The translations under genes and the position numbers were made by a program. Shown in pieces: positions 1-14,230 of a stretch of 64,000 bases of DNA. The notes under the pieces were generated by a model. It was not told the DNA's origin and did not search any database. It saw only the letters and a list, made by a program, of their open reading frames with translations. Each line of letters starts with the position of its first letter. Within the stretch, counting starts at the first letter, position 1. The DNA is taken from the NCBI RefSeq assembly GCF_006345805.1, contig NC_043010.1, positions 47,430,001 through 47,494,000 on the forward strand, given 5' to 3'. The stretch comes from Octopus sinensis (taxonomy: Eukaryota).

Positions 1-1100
1 CAAAGTAATCTGAAAGCTAAAGGGTTAATATTATAGTGCTACCATCACTTAAAATTGAACCTGGGCCCTACCTTCCAGTATTGCAATTTTCAAGGAAAGA
101 GCTGGGAGGGGGGCAATTTCACTGTGTAGGGCAAATAGATCTACTCATGGATAGTGTGACAATATATATCAGGTATCATTCTGAGAAGATCTGGTACTTA
201 TTCTTGACAATTAGGTGAAGTGATGTGCATAGAATTAAATATACAGCCCAAATATGTAATAAAAAGACAGATTGGTATGAAGTCATTTGCAAACATATTC
301 CAACCTTAGACCCACAGACAAGCAGTCTTCTTACTCTACTACTATCACAGAAATATCTGCTCCTTGGAGCTGGAAAGTTTCATCAAGTGCTAACTTTTCT
401 TTTATGGCTTAGTCAAAGGGAAAAGATTAGCATCTGTTACCTTTCTGAAGGGCACCAGTACTGATGCCAAAAAGAAAGAAAGAAACAAGAGACCAGGTAA
501 AAATGCTTGGGCAAGTATTTCCTCCTATAGACCTGGCCTGACTCATACATGTAGGTGAACTTAGCAAATGGAAACTGTGTGGAAGCCCATCATGCGTGTG
601 TGTGTGTGTGTTTGTTCATCATCATCACTTGACAACTTTAGTAGAGTAGCCCAACAGAATAGGTACCAGACTTCAAAAAAATAAGTACTGGGGTTGATTT
701 CTTCAACGAAACTCTTTAAGGTGGTGCCCCAGCATGGTCACAGTTTAATGACTGAAACAAGTAAAAGATAAAAGAGTAGGCTACTCTGCTAAAGGATCCT
801 GAGGGTCAAGTGATGGGGATATTAAACTCGATAGATTTCATGTACAAGGCAATAACCATCAGTTATGACCATACTCAATGTATATGACTATAACCAAAAT
901 GAACATTATGATATTCAAAACGTATGTAGGTGTGTGAGACTTTTATCATAATAGGCAGAGGTGTTCCCAACCACATGGATCCAGGTTCAGTCCCACTGTG
1001 TGGCACATTTTGGCAAGTGTCTTGTCCTAAAGCCGTGAGCTCACCAAAGCCTTGTGAGTGGATTTGGTAAACAGAAACTGAAAGAAGTCTGTTGTGTTTA

Positions 1101-1146
<46 letters not shown>

Positions 1147-1857
1147 TGTGTGTCCACCACCACTTGGCAACTGGTGTTGGTTTGTTTACATCCCTGTAAC
1201 TTAGTGGTTTAGCAAAAGAGACCAATAGAATAAGTACTGGGGTCGGTTTATCAACTAAAAAAAAAACCCCTTCAAGTCAGTGCTTCAGTATCACCACAGT
1301 CCAGTGACTGACAAAACATAACCAGACTGTGTGTGTGTGTGTGTGCGTGTGCGTGTAACTATAATCAGAATGGGTATGTTGACATTAACTAAGTGTTGGA
1401 AAGAGTTATTGATTTGCTTGCTCTTTGCATGAAGGACTGAGAGAGAAATGTTCTCCACAGCATGTTATGATCGCAAAGGATAACGCACGGTACGAGTGTG
1501 TATGTCAACTCTGCATCTATGAGTATTGATCTATAATGTATTCAGTGTGTGTGTGCTGGTCTGCTAAGAAGAGCATGTGCGTGGGGGGGGTGTAATGTGA
1601 TGGAATAAGTGTATTGTATAATTATGTTGTGAATAGTTGCTATTGTTGCTGTTGTGTGGTACAAGGTAAGCCCTGATGACATATACCCATGATCAAAGAC
1701 ATTCTAGCCTTGACTATCCTGTCTTTTTAAGGACACCTAAAGTACATTATCTCATGTAACTTAGGGTTTAATCTGAGGGAAATTTGGTTGCTATCTCTAG
1801 CAAGTTGATTGAACACATCAATGCTTCTTTGTTAGATATATTTAAATGTACCACAGT

Positions 1858-1874
1858 GTGGGAGGGAGGGACAG

Positions 1875-1932
<58 letters not shown>

Positions 1933-2200
1933 TGTGAGAGAGATAGAGTGTGAGAGAAAGAGAGAGTGTGTGAGAGAGGGGGAGAAAGAGAAAGAGTGTG
2001 ACAGAGAGGGAAAAAGAAAGTGTGTATGAGAGAGGGAGAGAGAAAGTGTGGGAGAGAGAGAGAGGGAAAAGAAAGAAAGAGTGTGTGTGAGAGAGAGGAA
2101 AAGAGAAAGAAAGTGTGTGTGTGAGAGAGAGGGAAAAGAGAGTGTGTGTGTGAGAGAGAGAAGGAAAGAGAAAGAAAGTGTGTGTGTGTGTGTGTGTGAA
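1858..2200. repeat. Compound (GT)n/(GA)n microsatellite tract
   Basis: Direct reading; explains the low-complexity ORFs in the track. Confidence 0.95.
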
Positions 2201-3831
2201 AGTTCAAGCTTACTGGCATGTGTCTATGCATGTATGTGTAAGAAGTGAACAAGAAATGGAATTGTATATTGTTGGCGCTGCAGTTTCTATGCATATGTGT
2301 GTAGGTGTGTGTGCATGCATGCATACGGTGTGCCTGTGCATATTTTTGCATAAAATAAATCAGACAAAGAAATGGGGGGAGATGGAGAGTTGAACTTGCT
2401 GGATTGTGGCATTGAACTTGCTGAATTGTATGCATGCATATGTGAATGAATGTATACATGGATGTGCATATGAATGCATGTATATGAATATGTGTGTGTG
2501 TGTGTGTATGCATGCATGAATGTAAGTGTGCATTTATGTGTGAATATGTGTATGTGTACGATGGAGAGACAGACAGACAGAAAGAAAGAGACAGAGAGAG
2601 AGGAAGTATATGGTTGGTGCTGCTTATATGACATCCAGTCAGTTGTATTAGTTTGCATCCACAAGCACCAGCAGCAGCAGCAGCAGTGGAAGCAGCAAAA
2701 AAGCTGCAGTAACAGTGCAGTTGTTGACCTGCAAGACTCAGCCTGTTGATGCAATCAATGTTAATTATTATACAAGCAGTGAAGGAATGTAAAACCAGTT
2801 TCCTATCCTAGACCAATGGCTGGTGGTTGGTCACCTCTGACCTACCCCCAACCACTGCTGCACTTGGCATGGGGGCATGGGTAAAGGGGGGTTATTGGCT
2901 CCAGGAGTTCAACTGTCATAGGGCAGGACAGAGAGAGAGAGAGAGAGGGGAGAGTGTGGAGGAAGAAGAGAGAGGGGGAAAAGAGAGGGGAGAGAGAGAG
3001 AGAAAGACAATGGGGAAAAGAGAAAGGGGAAACAGAGATGGAGAGAGAGGGGAAAAAGGAAGAGAGGGGAAGAGAGAGAGAGAAGGGAGAAGAGAGAGAG
3101 AAGTAGGAAGACAGGAAAGATAGTGAGACATGGGGAAAATACACACACACACACACACACAACTACGACAACAACAATGCATTCTAGTTTCTGAAAAGAA
3201 ATCCGAGCTCCATTTCCTTATTTTTTTTTTTTTGTTCTTCCTCTTTCTTCTCCTCCTCTTTATCATTTCTACCTCCATATTTATAAATAACAACTACCAC
3301 CCAGGCTATCACTATTACAACAGCAGTAACCATCATCACCACTATCATAATTACCAACACTAGATCAGGCAAACCAATTGAGGGTGGGGTCAAGGTTTCT
3401 GGGGAGTCCTCTACTTGGTTGCTTGACCTGCTAAATACAGCAGCTATATCTATATATATATCTCACATTACACCAATGTGTCTTTCCTGTCTTAAAGGCA
3501 GAAAGGGCACAATGGATAATGTAGCCCTAATACATTATGCCTGAAAAACCCCCACAAAAACCCACAACCACAACTAAAACTACAATGGAACAACAAAAAA
3601 GGTTTCTAGTACAACCACAAGTACAACTGTTTGCACAATTATCATATCTCCTATCATCAGTACCACCACAACACAACCAAACCCCACCACAATAACTAGA
3701 TTAATGACTATCACAATTATTAGAACCACCCTATACCCCATAGTTCTTTCTCAAACTAGGTTCTAAGAAACTCTAGGCTCAAGGAAAACACAGTGAGGTT
3801 ATGCAAATTAAAATGTAATTAAATTACATAA

Positions 3832-4206
3832 AACAAGAGCACTCAGAGAGCGCAAACCTCCACCAAGACAACACTAATGTCCTCTCAATGATTAGCCAGA
3901 GATGATTTCTAAAATGAGAATATCTGAAATAAACTTGACTCCCCTCACAAATGAGAATACTAAAAATGAAACTGACCGCTCTCAAAAAAATTAACTAAAA
4001 AAAAAAAAACAGAAAAATAATGCAGAATCCCTGTCTGGTACCAGATCGATCCCAAAATCTAATCAGTTTGTGCCAGTCATGAGGCCAAACATCCCTGAAA
4101 GTTTCATCCGAATCCATTCAGCAGTCCTTGAGATATCTTGTCCATGGACAAACAAACAAACACGACTGAAAACAATACCTCTGCCTTCACTAAGGTGGAG
4201 TTAATA
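3832..4206. mobile_element. Non-autonomous Helentron/HINE (DINE-1-like) element
   Basis: Starts aacaagagcactcagagagcgcaaACCTCCACC; (aaac)n microsatellite near the other end; terminal 9-bp hairpin ctctgcctt-cact-aaggtggag (4179-4200) matching the subterminal repeat. Confidence 0.6.
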
Positions 4207-6790
4207 AGGCAAAGAGCTGGCAGAATCATTAGCACACTGGGCAAAATGCTTAGCAGTATTTCATGTGTCTTTACAATCTGAGTTCAAATGTACTGAGATT
4301 GACTTTGTCTTCTATCCTTTCAGGGTTGCTAAAATAGGTACCATTTGGGCATGAGGATGGGGGGGGGGCATGTAATTGACTTACCTACTCCCCCAAAGTT
4401 GCTGGCCTTGTGCTAGAACTTGAAATGAACAAAATTAAATATCCACCATTTTCAAAAGAAGTTATACCACCACCGCTGCTACCATTGTCATATAATGTCT
4501 AGTTTCCATGTTGGCATTGGTTGGATGGTTTGACAAAGATCTGGTGAGATGGAAGGCTGCATTGAGCTCCAATATCAGCTGTGGCATGGTTTCTTTGGCT
4601 GGATGGCCTCCCTAATGCCATTGGTACTGGCACTAATGAGATCACCAAATAGCTTAGAAGACAAAATGCCTTCGATGAGTGGTGGGGGCATAATATTGGA
4701 GGAAGTGGCTTTATGCCAGGTTTTGAGAGGTTGAAGTATGATAGAAGGATAGAAGCAGGTGTCTTGCTGTACAGGAGATACACAACTACCCCAATTGGAA
4801 AGAGAGAATAGTGATGGTGGTGATGAGGTGTCAAGGAATAGCCTCAGGGTACAAGAAGGTGAATATAAAAGAGGTATGGGTTTTATGAGTTTTTTTAACA
4901 ATTGCATAATAGGTTCCATGTAAAAATAAGATTGATAATCACCATCATTATCATTTTAATGTCTACTTTTCCATGCCTGCATTGGTTAGACAGAATTTAT
5001 CAAGGCAGACTTTCTATAACCAAATGTCCCTCCTGATGCTAACCCTCACTTGTTTGTAAGCAAGATAATATTTCCCTCATAACCAAACACATTTTCATAG
5101 AAAACTGGAAACAAACAACACTGCTTGTATGATGGTGACATTTGTTTACACCTACCATGCAATGTGAAGACATGGAGGCAAACACACACACATGCATATA
5201 CATGCACACACACATATATGATGAGTTTCTTTCAGCTTGTGCCAACCAAATCCATTCACAAGGTTTTAGATAGCCGAGTTCTATACCAGAAGTCATCTGT
5301 CCAAGGCGCCATACAATGGGACTGATCCTGAAACCATGTGGTTGGGAATCAAGACTTTTAAACCACACAGCCATGCCAACACGAAACAACTAACTGGAAC
5401 ACTGGTTCTGGTTCAATAACCACTACAACCACTAGTGAACAACCTCAACTACAACAACAGTCTCCACATACACTATAATGACCACTAATACAACTACAGC
5501 TACTGTCTTTAACAACCATCACACTGCTATTTCAATTACTAGTTCAATAATATCCACTGCAATAATTAAAATTAGCACCACAAACTATGACTACTAGTAC
5601 TACCACCACAACAACAACAACCACTATTTCAGTCACTAGTTTAACAACTTCCACAACAGCCATCACAGATTCTATAATGATAATTACGGAAACTACCATC
5701 ACAGCTACTACGGTAGCCACCCAAGTCTTCTAAACTAGTATAACAACTATCTCTATGTTTACTATAACCATCACCACTACCACAATATCCATTTTGAGAA
5801 CTACGTCATTATCTATTACAACCACTAAGTTGTCACAGTAACATAATAGAAATACTAAACAAAACACCCTCATCACTGCTGTTGTTGTTATTGTCACCAC
5901 AACTACTACCAAAACCACAATTAAAACCCAAAACAATAATAGCAGTAGCAACATTCACCATGACCAAAACCAACATCATAAAAGTGAAGACGTATTTGTA
6001 TGGTCATTAACTTTGCAAGAAATAGCTGCTGAATCACACCCAACTGTCTTTTTTTTTTTCAAGAAAAAAAAAAAGGCTAATTTAAGACTATTTGTCAAAG
6101 TATTAGACACATAATGTCTAAGTAGAAAATGGGATGGTCATGGATGGAATGCTTTCGATCAAAAGTGTACTCCATTATAGCTGGCTTGATGCTAAACAAA
6201 AACAGCAAAAACTTAACCATAACAATGAGAGCTATCACATCTAAATGGATTTTGTTCCATACTGTTATTATGAAGCACAGTAGTATTACTAGACTAGACT
6301 ATTAGTTCAGTTATGGGGCTTTTATAAAAATGACTTGAATCTAAAAGCTCTAAGCATCAAACACAAAAAATTTCCAATATCCCAGCTTTTATTGATTCCC
6401 TTCTTCTAAGATCTACTTATGCTATTAGAATTCTAAATATCTCCCATTATTTTTTTTAAGACTCTAAGCTACACCTACACTAAATAATAAGAAATAGTGT
6501 TATTTAAGAGAATGCAGTTAATAACAATGTAATACTAGGCTAAAATAGTTTTGGCAATCAAGATTCTTTGTCTATCTCGCTACTCTCATTTCTACATGGA
6601 AATTTCTCTGGGATCAATAATAAAAAAATTTAGCAAGATATTAGGATTGATTTGGGCCTAATCATCCTTGCCATACCAAAATTTATAATATGATAAAAAA
6701 GGATGTGAAATATATGTTGAGAAAAGAAATAATGATAGGGGATATATAGAAAAAGGATGACTTATTAGAGTGAACAAATTAGAACGTTTA

Positions 6791-8095
6791 TCATCATCAC
6801 CACCATCATTTAGCATCTGTTGTCCATGTTGGCATGAGTTGGACAGTTTGACCTGGGATGGCAAGCTGGAAGGCAGCACCAAACCCCAGTCTGATTTACC
6901 ATGATTTCTACAGCTGGATGCCCTTCCTAATGCCAACCACTCCGAGAGGGTAATGGGTGCTTTTATGTGCCATTTGTGTGACCCTGGTATCTGCCATGAC
7001 TGCGATTTTACTTAGCTTGATGGGTCTTCTTCTCAAGCATGACATAATGCCAAAGATCTTGGTCATTGTCTCTGTGAGGCCCAACACTCAAAAGGAGCTT
7101 TTCCATGAGGCCCAATGCTTGAAAGGTGCATTTTACGTGCCACCGGCATGGGAGCCAGTTATGTGACACCAGCATCAGCCATGACTACAATTTCACTTGG
7201 CTTGACAGGTCTTCTCAAATACAGCATATCGCCAAAGGTCTCGGTCACTAGTCATTGCCTTTCTGAGGCCCAAAGTTCAAAGATCGTGCTTCACCACCTC
7301 ATCCCATGTCTTCCTGGGTCTACCTCTACCACAGGTTCCCTCTATACTTAGAGATCAACACTTCTTTACACTGCTGTCCTCATCCATATGCAGCACATGA
7401 CCGTACCAGCGCAGTTGTCTCTCTTGCAAACTACATCTGATGCCTCTTATGCCTAACTTTTCTTTCAAGATGCTTACACTTAGTTATGTATGCAAGCTGA
7501 CATTGCACATCCAGCAAAGTATACTGGCTTCATTTCTTTCAAGCCTGTGCATGTCCTCAGCTGACACAGCCCACGTTTCACTGCCATGTAGCATAGCTGT
7601 TCACACACACACAGGCATCATACAATCAGCCTTTCATTCTGAGGGAGAGGCCCTTAGTTGCCAGCAAGGGTAGGAGCTCTCTGAACTCTGACCAGCCTAT
7701 TCTTATTCTCACAATTACACTCTTGGAGCATCCACCTCCACTAACTTGGTCACCTAGATAACAGAAGCTATTTACTACCTCTAGCTCACCCCAACTGGTA
7801 GTTGATGGAGTCTATTTTCTGTACATTTTCAGTGTTTATTGTACCTGTGCATCTTCCACACACAAAAGCTCTTTTCCCTGTCAACCTTCCCCTGATATTG
7901 CTGCAGCTCTTATACATCCAAAGCTTACTCCGGGTACATCTTATGGGGTTTCTGCCTACACCTTTTCTACAGATCAGGCAGGGCCATCTACCTGAAAGGA
8001 TTTGTGATTTGTCTGCCTTCCTACATACTTTGATTTTTGCTAGGTTAACTCTAAGGCCCTTTGATTCTTAACCTTGATGACGAGTCTTCAATTTT
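6791..8095 (-). mobile_element. 5'-truncated, degenerate RTE-clade LINE (RT C-terminal half, 3'UTR, (GAT)n tail)
   Basis: Minus-strand remnants LRVNLAKIKV, WPCLICRKGVGRN..CGRC, RLRWYGH-type and LWRYAV motifs with frameshifts; tail at 6791. Confidence 0.85.
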
Positions 8096-9840
8096 TTCTG
8101 GTTTGTGTCAACTACTCCAGAATTAAACAAGTATTGGTGCATAAAATTTTTACAGATACATGGACGCTCTGACACATTGCATAATGTGGATACATTAGAT
8201 TATGGATTCACTGTGTCAGGTAAAAAAAAAAACAGAATTGTTCAGCCAAGACCCTAACACCACAGTTTATTGTGACACTACCAAATTTCCATGTCATTGT
8301 CAACCTCTTAATGCTCACTTTTCCATGCTTGCATGGTTTGGACAGAGTTTATTAAGGTTGATTTTCTACACCTGGATGACCTTCCTGTTGTCAACTCTCA
8401 CCTGTTTCTATGCAATATAATATTTCCCCATGGCCAGACATGTTCCTACTGAATATTGGAAATAAACGACACTGCTTTTATGACTGTGACAATCATTTTA
8501 CAATTATCACACAATGTCAAAAAAAGGACATACAACACACACACAGACATATATACATACACAGACATATATATGACAGGCTACTTTCAGTTTCCATTTA
8601 CTAGATCTACTTACACAGCTTTGGTCAACCCAGGGCTATAGTAGATGACACTTGCCTAAGGTGCCACACAATGGGACTGAGCCTGACAACATGTGGTCAG
8701 GAAGCAAACTTCTTAACCACACAGCCACCTATTCAATCATTTTTATATAATTATAAAATAGTTTATAAGCATAGCTAACAGCTGAACATATAAGAAACTG
8801 AAGTTTTGCAATTGACATTTAACTGCAGAATATATTATGTTCCTGGGTAAGGCAATAATATCTCCACTAATTCTACAGCATTCTCTGAACTCTTTTCCTG
8901 GTATCCAAACAATTTTAGAACACCATAACAATTTAAGTTTGTGCTGTAGTACCCCAAGCCACTGTCTAATTAGACATGAAATTTGCCTTGTTTTTAGCAT
9001 CCTTGATGTTAAACATCTCAAGCAAATTTGTTGTTTATCATAGGACTACTATCTTTTTACATTGTAACCAAGAAAAAAATTATTTTTCAGTATCAAAGCC
9101 AAATGACAAGAAATGTTATCTATAAATGGTAGAGTTATTGTCATAGACTCTCATTTGTGTAAAGTACTAGTTTGTGAGAATATATTTCATTTCTAACACA
9201 CATAAAAGCCAGTTTTGAATGACATCCTAACATTCACAAAGGCAGTTGAAAACTTCTTTTATGAAATGTAAATATAAACGCAATTGAGACCAGAATAATA
9301 TAAGGTTGTCCTTGACCATGAAGAATCAACAATACAGAGTTTGCTGTAGATATTTTATGTAAAATATATATTGCTTTTTTTTTATTTTATTCAAGCATTC
9401 CTAACATGTTTGTATGAGTTTTGGTGCAGTCTTTTGTTGTTCTTTTTATTACATTAGATCCAATCTAGGCAAAATGTTTGAAAATGGAGCTTAATACTGC
9501 TTGAAAATGGAGCTTAATACTGCTTCTTAAAAGCCTACAAGATAAATATGTTTACATTTCAGATTGTAGTTAGGAACTAAATCTACATTCAATGACACAG
9601 AACCTTCTTAGGACAACTTATTAATTCTGAATAATTTCAACAGTTGTCAAAAAAACTGATATACTCACAACTTTTAGAGTAACAAGATTCAACAACTACA
9701 CATACACACACCTAGATTGAAATACATTTCAGTATAGAGATACAAAGCTACTTCTTTTCCCTCCACTGAACTAGTGGCATACACACACACACGTGTGTGT
9801 GTGTTTGTGTGTATGTAAAAACACAGACACACATGCATGT

Positions 9841-10140
9841 TCTCCTCTGTTTTTATTATTTAAATTCTTCCTCTGAGGAAGGAGCTGGTTTTTAATTAAG
9901 ATACAAAGCTCTATCGTTGGTATGTAGATAACAAAAACGATGTTCCATTCTAAACTTGAAAAAAGATTCGCACAATTTTACTGTCCCCCTTACAGATTGT
10001 ATTTGTAATGAGTGAGTTGGTTGATTTCTTTTTCTGAAAACCCTAACTTATCTGGGTTGTCATTTAGGCATTTAGTCACAAAGCCAAGTGCACCAATTAT
10101 TATTGGGATAAATGTGAATGTATAATTTGGATACAGAACT
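9841..10140 (-). mobile_element. 3' end of an RLE-type (R4/Dong-like) non-LTR retrotransposon
   Basis: FIPIIIGALGFVTKCLNDNPDKLGF..., then after a frameshift QIQSVRGTVKLCESFFKF, typical of restriction-like endonuclease C-termini. Confidence 0.7.
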
Positions 10141-10946
10141 GCCTGACTGGCCCTCGTGCTGGTGGCACTTAAAAGCACCCACTACACTCTCATAGTGGTT
10201 GGCATTAGGAAGGGCATCCAGCTGTAGAAACTTTGCCAGATCAGACTGAGCCTGGTGTAGCCTCTGGCTCACCAGTCCTCAGTCAAACCGTCCAGCCCAT
10301 GCATTTGAACTAATAATCCTTTGGTTAGAGTTCAGCTCCTTATGCTCACCACTTATTACCAGAGAGTGTAAAACGGTGATTCCCAAAGTGGGCATCCCCA
10401 CTGGTGGAGCCTGGGAAAGTTATGGTAGAGCATGGGATCAAAAATTTTTTTTTTTTTTTCCTTTTAGTGGGACATGGAGTTGTGAAAACCTTTCTTCACA
10501 GCAAACATACTACACTCATACTCAACCTAACCAAATCAATCCCTCCAGCCACACATACTGTGTGAAGACTGTTAGCTACAGTATAGTACTATTATAGTGC
10601 CCTGGTGTGGATATTTCTGTAAAGAAAGTATATAATTATGAAATATTTGAAAGAAAGTATATAATTATGAAATATTTGAAAGAAAGTTGGGTTTTTTTTA
10701 CAACCATCAGTGGGGCATACATTTTTCTGGAAAGTTATAGAGGGGTCTAAGGGAAAAATGGGTTAGGAAACACTGGTCTAGAGTATTTTTAGCTAAGAAA
10801 TGCCTGTTAACATTCTATGAAGGTAGATGGGGTTACATGTCTTGTTGACCAAAGACACTATACATCATATGAGATGAGCTAACAGTAACTTCAACTTACT
10901 TATAATTTTATGTATAAATTCAGATTGTAGAAATAATTTTACTTAC

Positions 10947-12568
10947 AATTTAATCTGTTGTTTACTTGCTGCTAATTCCTTCTTTAGAGATTGGAAGTTT
11001 TGTTTGAGATCCAAGAATTCTGGAATTTGATTTATGTCTATCTTTGTCAAGCCGTTGAAGGACAGGCCACTACTCTGAGGTAATGGCTGGTGTGTTGTTA
11101 ACAGCTCTTCTTCTAATTCATTTAGTAATTGATCATCTTTTCCATCATGATCTTCAGTGGACACATTTGAGTGAGTCTGATCAGGGACTGGTGATGATGA
11201 TGATGTCATTGAATCAGGAGCTCTTTTCACTGTTTCAGTTTGTTCGCATTCAATGTTAGCAACATGACAGCTTTGTGGATTTGGATCTTGATTGGATCTT
11301 AAATCAGGTGAGTGAACAGGTGCAACAGAAGGACTAATATTCAAAGTGTTTGTTTTTTCTGCACATGTATTTGCAGTGTTAGTATCTGATATGTGAATAG
11401 GAGTTGTGTTATTACTGTCAAGTTTATTGTCCATTAGTTCTGAGTTGTTATTCTCAGTCCAAGAGACTGCATCATAACCAACATCGATGTTATTCAATAA
11501 ATGGTTTGCAGAGGCAACTGGTTCGTGTTTTTGTTGTTCCATTCCAGATGAAACCGGCTGAGAATCTTCTAGATTACTAGAAGCCACCTCATTTGTGCTA
11601 CTATTGACTAATTCTGTGTCATGTTGCTGTGTATCAATGGTTTCCTTAGATGGAATCAATTCTCTAGATTCAGTTTTATTTTCTGCAGTTACTGAAATAG
11701 AACTGCTATCACCAGTTTCATCAGATTTATTAGCACTTTTGTTGAGTTCAGGAGAAAGGCAGCCTGATTCTAACTGAAGATCACCAGAAGTAGTGCTTTG
11801 TGTAACTGACTGAGTGTTATTGTTTGTAGAAGTGACAGCTAACTGTTGTAAACTGGAAGAATGTTCATTTGTACTAGCTGCATCGTTTTTATCATCCTCA
11901 ACACCAACACAGTAATCTGCAGCCAGGGGCTGGTTATTTGTTTCATTTGGCACAGAGTTAGCTTCATCCATTTTAGTGGCTATTTCATTTGGGTTAACTA
12001 ATGCTGGATGTAGGAGATTATCTGCAGAACGGCTTTCGATTTCTACTGACTCACGCACCTGTGCAACATTGTCACAGTTGTTATTATCACAGTTGTCTTC
12101 ATCACTTATAACTATAGCCTGATCACATTCAGGTTCGAAATCTTCACTTCTCTCTTCACTATCTCTAATCGTATTCTCTAATATTTCATCTTCGGGCGCA
12201 GTGTCAGCTACTGACTCAGGAGAAACAGGAAGGAATGGTTGAATGTGGATGTTGTTATCCTCATAGAGGTTACCAGCTTCTGCAAATGAATCGGATCTTT
12301 CTTGATTTACTTCAATATCACCTTCTTGCACATTATTCTGTTGATTCAATGCTGAATCTGGGGCATTTTCAACCTGCTGGTAGATGAGAGCTTCAACATC
12401 CTCAAAATCCTGAGGCCAGAAGTCAGCATCTACAGCAGGTACACCTCTGATATCTGCTTCAACATCATCTCCAATTGCAAGTTCATCTTCTACAAGAACA
12501 TCAGCAGAATCAGCTTCTGGGTCTGGATTTTCAACTACATTATTGTTCTCGGCATCAGTATCACACAT
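10947..12568 (-). CDS. Large first coding exon of a spliced host gene: about 540 aa acidic/Ser/Asn-rich disordered N-terminus entering a coiled coil; possibly CCDC186-like
   Basis: Stop-free 541-codon ORF with non-repeat composition. Acceptor tttttttctcttttAG|agacgaaagcATG (exon starts 12578, A at -3 of ATG). Phase-2 donor ATT AAA TT|GTAAGT at 10947/10946. The C-terminal DQLLNELEEELLTT..SFNG..LKQNFQSLKKELAASKQQIK recalls EDLLEEIESELLST..PNG in human CCDC186 (from memory; name about 0.4). Exon itself high confidence. Confidence 0.88.
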
Positions 12569-13999
12569 GCTTTCGTCTCTAAAAGAGAAAAAAAATAAAT
12601 AGTGAAAATATAGTATTCTTCTAATATAATTAGATTATAAAACTAGGGTTTCTTACAGAGTTGTAAAAGGCCATAAATTTCTAGGAGTAGAATACAGTTA
12701 ATGGAATCAATCTCAAAACATACTTAATACTTATTCTATTGAATGAAAAGTGAAGAAATTCAAACTTAAAACTCCACCTGGATTTGAATTCATAATATTG
12801 GTTTCAAATTTTGACACAAGGCCGGCAGTTTTTGAGGGAAAGGATAAGTCTTACATTGACCCCAGTGCTCAACTGGTACTTATTTTATCAACACCGAAAT
12901 AATGAAAGGCAAAGTGAACCTCGATGAAATTTGAACTCAGTGCATCGTTGGGCTGCAAATTTCTTAACCACACTGCCATTGTCTGTGCCTATAACCCATG
13001 CCTGCAATGTATATATATGTGTGTGTATGCATGCATACATATATACACATGTGAGTATATGTGTATCTCTCTCTCTATTACATATATATATGTATGTATG
13101 TATGTGTGTGTGTGTGTGTGTGTGTGTACACATACGCACATACCTGTAAGAGAGGCAGCTCAAAACATTAATTTAAGCACAATATACAAAGAGATAAAAA
13201 TAAATATTATTTGAATTCAATGTAAGGAAGAAAAAAATTATGACTGAATTGTTATGCAATTATACTCATATAAAATAACTATGTTCACATGAAACAAGGA
13301 AGAACAATGAGCTATAGTCAAATTTTATAACAAATTGAATAAGTACAGAGACAAGAGACAAAAATATTTCAAGATTTGTAGGAAGTTTATGACAGTGAAA
13401 CAATGGTTTCATGAACAATTTGGAAATAAAAAAAATACTTCAGAGACAGGAATGAGTGAGCAATGAATATCATAATGAAACAGCTGAGGATAATACAGAG
13501 TGAATGAAAAGTATATCTGAAGTGGATCCAACGATAACAAATAGGAACATTGCATTTTATCTTTAGACTGTGGTCATGCTGGGGCACTGCTTTGAAGGGT
13601 TTCCGTTGAAAAAAAATGAACTTCAGTATTTATTTATTTTTATTTTTTTATAGTCTGTTATATATTTTATTGGTCTCCTTTTGCTGAACTGTTTAGTAAC
13701 AGGGATGCAAACAAACCAACACCAGTTGTTAAGCTGTTGTTGTTGGACACACACACACAATAGGCTTCATTCAGTTTCTTATTTCTTTACTACCCACAAG
13801 GGGCTACACACAGAGGGGACAAACAAGGACAGACAAACGGATTAAGTCGATTACATTCAGTTTCAACAGGCTTCATTCAGTTTCTGTCAACCAAATTCAC
13901 TTACAAGGCTTTGGTTGAACTAAGGCTATAGCAGAAAACACTTACCCAAGGTGTCCCGTGGTAGGATTGAATCCAAAACCACATGGTTGGGAAATAATC

Positions 14000-14230
14000 T
14001 TCTTATTTCCTTACTGCCCACAAGGAGCTAAACATAGAGGGAACAAACAAGGAAAGACAGACAGATTAAGTCGATTATATCGACCCCAGTGCATAACTGG
14101 TACTTAATTTATCGACCCCGAAAGGATGAAAGGCAAAGTTGACCTCGGCGGAATTTGAACGTAGAATGTAAAGACAGATGAAATACTGCTAAGCATTTCG
14201 CCTGGCTAACGTTTCTGCCAGCTTGGCGCC
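14000..14230 (-). mobile_element. tRNA-derived SINE family B (Meta-domain-like); related copies near 4208, 20360, 24538, 33610, 35575, 41090, 42520-43080, 49126 and 54560-54975
   Basis: Head gagctggcagaa..ttagc..gagttcaaattc (A/B boxes) and conserved core gactttgcctttcatcctttcggggtcgataaattaagtaccag repeated across the window. Meta-domain assignment is from recall. Confidence 0.85.

Noticed and set aside
1842-3393. Long ORFs (up to 223 aa) in the track, and similar ones at 15.3-15.9 kb and 46.0-46.5 kb
   Set aside because: Translations of (CA)n, (GA)n and (TA)n microsatellites.
5390-5960. Thr-rich mucin-like reading of an ACN-rich tract
   Set aside because: Multiple stops, no splice signals; degenerate trinucleotide repeat.
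8156-8219. Plus-strand AG...GT 64-nt open segment (IHGRSDTLHNVDTLDYGFTVS)
   Set aside because: No recognisable homology or partner exons; antisense to the supported gene.
10621-10686. Short local tandem duplication (29 bp; similar at 9481-9525 and 34545-34640)
   Set aside because: Ordinary slippage duplications with no functional signal.
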